Below are positions 60,256-64,000 of a stretch of 64,000 nt of DNA, piece by piece. The position numbers were made by a program, and so were the translations under genes. A model generated the notes under the pieces. That model did no database searches and was not told the origin of the DNA. It was given only the letters and a program-made list of their open reading frames with translations. This stretch comes from Nemertoderma westbladi (Eukaryota > Animalia > Xenacoelomorpha): contig JAUCBJ010004498.1 of assembly GCA_032718475.1 (NCBI GenBank), positions 5,280-69,279 of the forward strand, read 5' to 3'. Positions within the stretch are counted from its first letter, which is position 1. Each line of letters begins with the position of its first letter.

Positions 60256-62810
60256 AGTACTACTACTACTAGGTCGAGCGAACTCGGACAGTGGAAATGA
60301 GATCCTTCCAGGCTTCGCGATTCTCCATAGTTGTCGCAATTTCGTTTCTCCCAAGTTCAGTATCCCTTTCAAGTTGATCTATATATGTTATGTCCGGTCG
60401 TCCACGACTACGCTTTCCATGAGTTGGTTGCCAGAGAAGTAGATCTGGTATGACCTCGTCTTTACTTCGCCAGCAGTGCCCACTAAATCTTAATCTGCGT
60501 TCACGGAGGGTGGTTGATACAGGTGGTATTGTACCATAAAGCTCGGCGTTTGCCATGCGTTGTCTCCAGCTGATGTTTGGGGCTGCCCTTAGTAGTCTTG
60601 TGTAGCAACCATTAATTCGTTGTTCAAGTGATTTAGTCAGTGTCCAGGTCTCACCCCGTATAAAAATACACTTTCCACTGTGGCTCGAAAGAACTTACTG
60701 TAGTCTTCAGGTGCCTGGAGAGATCTGATTTCCAGATGGTATCCATTTTTGATAGAACTACCCAAGCCTTTGCTTTCCTAACTTCTATGTCCTTTTTGCT
60801 ATTCTCTATCCATGAACCAAGGTACTGGAAGTCGTCGACCTTCCTTAGTTGATTATTATCAATGGTTGTCAAGTTTCCATCAACATTAAAGGTCATGAAG
60901 GTAGCATATGCATATGCAATCCAACCTCCTTAGCAGCCCTCTCCACTTTATTTACTAGAAGCTGTGCATCTGCTAGCGTATTAGAGAGCAGGGCGATGTC
61001 ATCCGCAAAGTCGGTGTCTGTGACTGTAGTTGCCGGATATCTACTACTTCTGCGTTCTTGAAATTTGAATCCCAGATCTTCACCCTTTGTGGCCGTCCTC
61101 ATTGCGTAATCCAGCACAATTACAAATAGTAATGGTGCTAATGTGTCACCTTGCAGTATGCCAGCCAGGATTGAGAAAACCTCAGTTTCACCATCTGGTG
61201 AGAGTACCTACGCTTCTGTGTCACAATATAACAATCCAATGCCAGCAACAATTACTTCTGGTATTCCATAAGCTCTTATGATTTCAAGCATTTTACCTCC
61301 TTGAATGCCTTCTTGAAGTCCACAAATCTCATGACTGTGGGGAGATTCTTTGACTTAATTCCTTCAATCAGTCTCCGTAGTGAAGTATCTGAGCTATTGT
61401 TGATCTACTTGGTCGACATCCGTTTTGGCGCTTACGCAGTAGTTTCTCTATGAGAGGCCTAATCCTATATAGAATAATTTTATTGTATATTTTGGCAGCT
61501 ACCGCAAGCAGACAGGTCTCCTTTCTTAGGTAGAGGCTTTAGTTGACCTTAAGTCCAAATTGGTGGTGGCTTTTCCCCTTTCAGCATCCGGTTGCAAACA
61601 TCCAATAATGGTCTGTTTAGCACTCCGGTTTTCCATACCTCCGCTGGGATTTCATCTAATCCCCTCGCTTTATTATTGGACATGCTTTTAATGCTTCTTT
61701 GGAGTTCGGCAGGTGTGAAGTCCCCTGTTTCTATATGTAGTGTCTTGTCATATATTTTCCTCGATGTTTGGTGGCTGCCCAAGCAAGTTGCTGAAGTGAT
61801 TTTTCCATTTCCCAACATGTTCTTCTGGACTATCGGCTTTGAGGCGCCCCTTTGCACAACTTTTCCAACTAGATACCTCATTTACAGTTTCAATTTTATC
61901 CTGTATGTAGTTTTCCTGGCAGATGTTGTAGGCCAATTTAAGATCGTCCTTAGCTTTCTCAACCTTGTTAATGTTTTCGATTGTTGGTTGTTTGGTTTTA
62001 ACTTTGTAGGCTATCTTAAGATCTTCTCTCTTACAAGTAACCTCAGAGTTTTGCCATGGCACATACTGTTTTCGTTTGGGTTTCTGGGGGATATGCCTCT
62101 TAGGTGATTCTTTGTGGGCTGTTATTCTATTCTACTGTATAAGCATCCTTTACAGCATTGTCAGTTCTGAGTTTCTCCCAGTCATAGTTGATTTGCTTGC
62201 TTGTCCTGGGTTTGCTGGCTCTCAAACTGAGTCTGATCTCTGCAGTCACAATTCTGTGGTCCGAACCAATTAGGTTGAACGAGCTGTATGCCTCGCAGTT
62301 GATCATGCTGTTTCTCCACTTTTTGTTTATAAGGATGTAATCCAGTTGTGCTTTGGTTCCATTAGGGTATTGAAAGGTCCATAGCTTCCCCTTACTCTTT
62401 TCGAATGTGTTGTTTGTTGGTATCAATTCACATTCTTCCAATAGGTCTAAAAGTACAGTAAGTACCCATTTCTGTTAGAACTGGTGTTATAGGTGTAACC
62501 CTTGATGTCTTCTGGGCCAATTTGCGCATTCAGGTCACCAGCAATGACTTTAACATTGTGTTTCGGAATGTCCATTATAAGTCCAGTCAGTTCTTCATAA
62601 AACTTGACTGCTTGTTCTGGCTCTGAGGCATTGGTTAGACTGTAGAAACATATAACTGTTGCCTTGGGATTCCCATCAAATGTTGCGATCATAAACCTGG
62701 AATTTATAGATACGATGTTGTTTATGGTCTTAAGTGTAAATGGGATTAGCATAATTCCTACTCCACCAATTGATGCATTGGCCGAATTGGTCGAATGGTC
62801 GATTCTGGTA
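60256..62810 (-). mobile_element. Near full-length decayed RTE-clade LINE (family B: APE + RT) with (TAG)n tail
   Basis: APE motifs VIAGDLNAQIG, AQLDYILINKKW and SDHRIV. RT motifs KARGLDEIPAEVWK, DTDFADDIALL, YLGSWI and RLRFSGHCWR. TACTACTACT tail at ~60258-60271. Many frameshifts. Confidence 0.93.
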
Positions 62811-62944
62811 GAGATTATTTCGGGCTATCTAGTGGTATATAACACTTATGTTCAATCATTTTATATTTTGGAATAATTTTACGAAAACTAAAGGATAATC
62901 GCTCAGAATATCTTCAAAACTAGTTCAGAGCCCTAACCAGACTC

Positions 62945-64000
62945 AAGATTCATATTTCTGTCTGTCTGTCTGTCAAACATTAAGAAAGCCAACTAACTAG
63001 CTAAAATTCTCGCTACGGGTATTTTCCAATTTTGTGATCTCTTTTGCGATGTAAGGTTGTACATTTTACAAAATAGACTCTTTGACCGCCTGTCTGTCCG
63101 TCCTTTTCACAGACGGTCTGTCTAATATTATTAAAGAATACAGGCTAAATAAAATTCTCGCTTTAGAGGAATTTTTGGGTTCGTGATTTCATTTCCGATG
63201 TCAATTTTCACATTTCACGTAATATAGACTGTCTGCCCGATTGTCTGTCTGTCCGTCTTTTTGTCAGACTGTCTGTCAAACATTAAAAAAGCATACTAAC
63301 TAACTAAAATTCTCGCGAAAGAGATTTTCCGGGTTCGTTATTTCATTTCCAATATCAGTTTTCACAATTCACTTAATCTATACAGCCTGTCCGCCTGTCT
63401 GTTTGTCCGTTTTTTATTCTTTGTCAGACTGTCTGTCATACATTAAGAAAACATACAAACTAACTAAAATTATCGCTATGGGGGTTTCTTGTGTTCGTGA
63501 TTTCATTTCTGATGTCCGTTTTCACATTTTACGAAATCTAGACTGTCTGTCCGCCTGTCGGACTGTCCGTCATTTTGTTAGTCTGTCTGTCATCAGATAT
63601 TTGCGAACAAAGGATTGCGTCTAGGTGGTTTAAATCAAAATTTCGGATCCTTCGTAAAATTTTGAGTCAGAAACTGACGTGCTAGCCCATAGGGTCTTGC
63701 AAGAAGAAAAATTAACGTATCATAAATGCGTTAAATGCGTTTTTCTCAGAATGCCTTATTATGATACTATACGGTTCTACTTGACACGCCACAAATGTTA
63801 AAACTGACACTGGAAATAAATTCTGCGACCAAGAAAACCCATATAGCTAAACCTTTAGCTAGATGGTGTGCCTTTTACATATATTTGACGAACAGACTGT
63901 CGGAGAGTCAGATAAACCGACAGACAGTCTATAGATTTCATTAAAAGTGAAAACTGACCTCAGAAATGAAATCAGTGACCTCGAAAACCCGTACAGCAAA
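62945..64000. repeat. Diverged ~155-bp tandem units with GTCT microsatellites (Helentron/DINE-like), partly inverted
   Basis: CTGTCTGTCAAACATTAA...CTAAAATTCTCGC recurs at ~62965, 63117, 63269 and 63429; a reverse-orientation copy follows ~63820. Confidence 0.65.

Overview
AT-rich invertebrate (metazoan) genomic DNA, not prokaryotic. Protein-coding content: an intronless class-A GPCR, an intronless TMEM35B/NACHO-like DoxX-fold protein, four intronless CYP2-clan cytochrome P450s (two as a head-to-head inverted duplicate, all four sharing patchy gene-conversion-like tracts), and two phase-compatible exons of a minus-strand TPR/CHAT (TTC28-like) gene. About a third of the window is three tandem arrays (29, 39 and 45 bp units). 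The rest includes decayed RTE and CRE retrotransposons, nested non-autonomous DNA transposons, SINE heads and a Penelope-like end. The most striking observation is that the 13.4-kb 45-bp satellite is a ~297-fold amplification of the TPR gene's own exon/intron junction (GAACAA|GTGAGT). Every downstream donor copy lies behind an in-frame stop. A neighbouring 39-bp array may be the acceptor-side counterpart, and a candidate last exon at 22.4 kb would place the whole P450 cluster inside one intron. All identities and counts were estimated by eye; no database search was run.
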